This document shows, piece by piece, positions 31,694-32,300 of a stretch of DNA of 32,300 bases (positions are counted from its first letter, which is position 1; every line of letters starts with the position of its first letter). Below the pieces are notes generated by a model. That model did no database searches, was not told where the DNA came from, and saw nothing but the letters and a program-made list of their open reading frames with translations. Made by a program: the position numbers and the translations under genes. The DNA is from Candidatus Pacearchaeota archaeon (GTDB taxonomy: Archaea; Nanobdellota; Nanobdellia; Pacearchaeales; GW2011-AR1), in the NCBI GenBank assembly GCA_017609535.1, contig JAFCDU010000012.1, forward strand, positions 1-32,300, read 5' to 3'.

Positions 31694-32300
31694 CAGATAA
31701 ATTGAGCAGTTTATTTAGTTCATCCATTAATCTCGATTCAAAGGTTTGGGATTTTTCATCTTCATTTTTCTCTATTGAAAGGATGTTCATTAGTTGAGGC
31801 AGGAATTTATTGAAATCTTCTGGATTTTTTTCTATATATTCCTGAATAATTTTTTCTTCAACATTTTCTACGTCGTGAGCATCAATTTGAATTTCTGCTT
31901 CTTTGATTTTTAATGCAGAGATATTTCTTAAAAAAGAGAAGGCGGCTTTTTTGTTAAGGACAAAATCTTCTATTTCATTGAATCTAATGTCTCCGGATTT
32001 TCCCTGTGTTAATGTTCCTGTCAATTTTAGAAGGACTATTTTATCCTTGAGATTCGATTTGTCCAACTGATTAATTATATTTTCAGTTGCTGTTAGTGCA
32101 TTTGTTATTTCTATTTTAAATAAAAGAACTTCTTTTAATGGAAGTGTGATGCTTTTGGTTTTAATTTTTCCAGATTCTATCTCTACAAGATGAAAACTGC
32201 CATATTTTAAGTCTATGAGTTCCTGGAAATTATTTGGAAAAGTTGGACCTGGATAAACATAGATTGCATTTGCCTCTCTTATTTCAAATCTTTGGTGGAT
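31683..32300 (-). CDS. mre11: Mre11 nuclease, C-terminal part (gene continues beyond the right window edge)
   Basis: The minus-strand frame is open from position 32300: 'IHQRFEIREANAIYVYPGPTFPNNFQELIDLKYGSFHLVEIESGKIK...'. This matches the (G)HIH motif and the following 'VVYPGS' region of archaeal Mre11. The track's TTG start at 32066 is internal. The gene is immediately upstream of rad50 and overlaps it. Confidence 0.8.
   Translation of the reverse strand: MHQRFEIREANAIYVYPGPTFPNNFQELIDLKYGSFHLVEIESGKIKTKSITLPLKEVLLFKIEITNALTATENIINQLDKSNLKDKIVLLKLTGTLTQGKSGDIRFNEIEDFVLNKKAAFSFLRNISALKIKEAEIQIDAHDVENVEEKIIQEYIEKNPEDFNKFLPQLMNILSIEKNEDEKSQTFESRLMDELNKLLNLSDVI

Noticed and set aside
1-32300. 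I scanned the whole window for CRISPR arrays, rRNA genes and canonical tRNA genes.
   Set aside because: There are no regularly spaced direct repeats, no long GC-rich structured stretches and no T-loop/acceptor patterns. Outside E1, E2 and L, the spacers are short and AT-rich.

Overview
This is a visibly AT-rich (by eye about one-third G+C), tightly packed archaeal chromosomal window. It is dominated by information-processing genes: MCM helicase plus an adjacent RPA32-like OB-fold protein, aRF1, Cbf5, RpoL/Rpo11, RadB, Rad50 and Mre11 (Mre11 runs off the right edge), a type IA topoisomerase, ScpB, an MBF1-like Zn-ribbon/HTH factor, and Glu-, Thr- and Val-tRNA synthetases. Several proteins are shorter than the archaeal homologues I remember. 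Together with the composition, this suggests a reduced-genome (DPANN-like) archaeon; that is an inference. I recognised no rRNA, tRNA or CRISPR array. Most start codons sit about 25 nt downstream of a TATA-like box, which suggests leaderless transcription. Five things are not explained by ordinary housekeeping annotation. (1) 90 stop-free codons with an HExxH-x6-H metalloprotease-like motif run in frame directly after the topA stop codon and have no start codon of their own. (2) Three GC-enriched repeats share colinear blocks (CCGAAG, AGATTTCA/TGAAATCC, GAC..AATATA). One forms the 5' end of a heavily decayed IS6/IS1-like transposase pseudogene. The other two lie in direct orientation on either side of a small membrane-protein gene. 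(3) The left 7.7 kb is an orphan pocket: an NTase-HEPN fusion, a TIM barrel split by a large charged insertion, an extremely acidic protein, a 49-aa zinc ribbon absent from the ORF track, a Cys-rich secreted protein, and a 499-aa protein with no recognisable domain. (4) A stand-alone FHA-like gene lies next to radB, rpoL, rad50 and mre11. (5) Smaller items include a ThrRS without an editing domain, a frameshifted methyltransferase, and scpB translationally coupled to a processive GT2 synthase. All functional calls come from motif recognition by eye; no searches were run.
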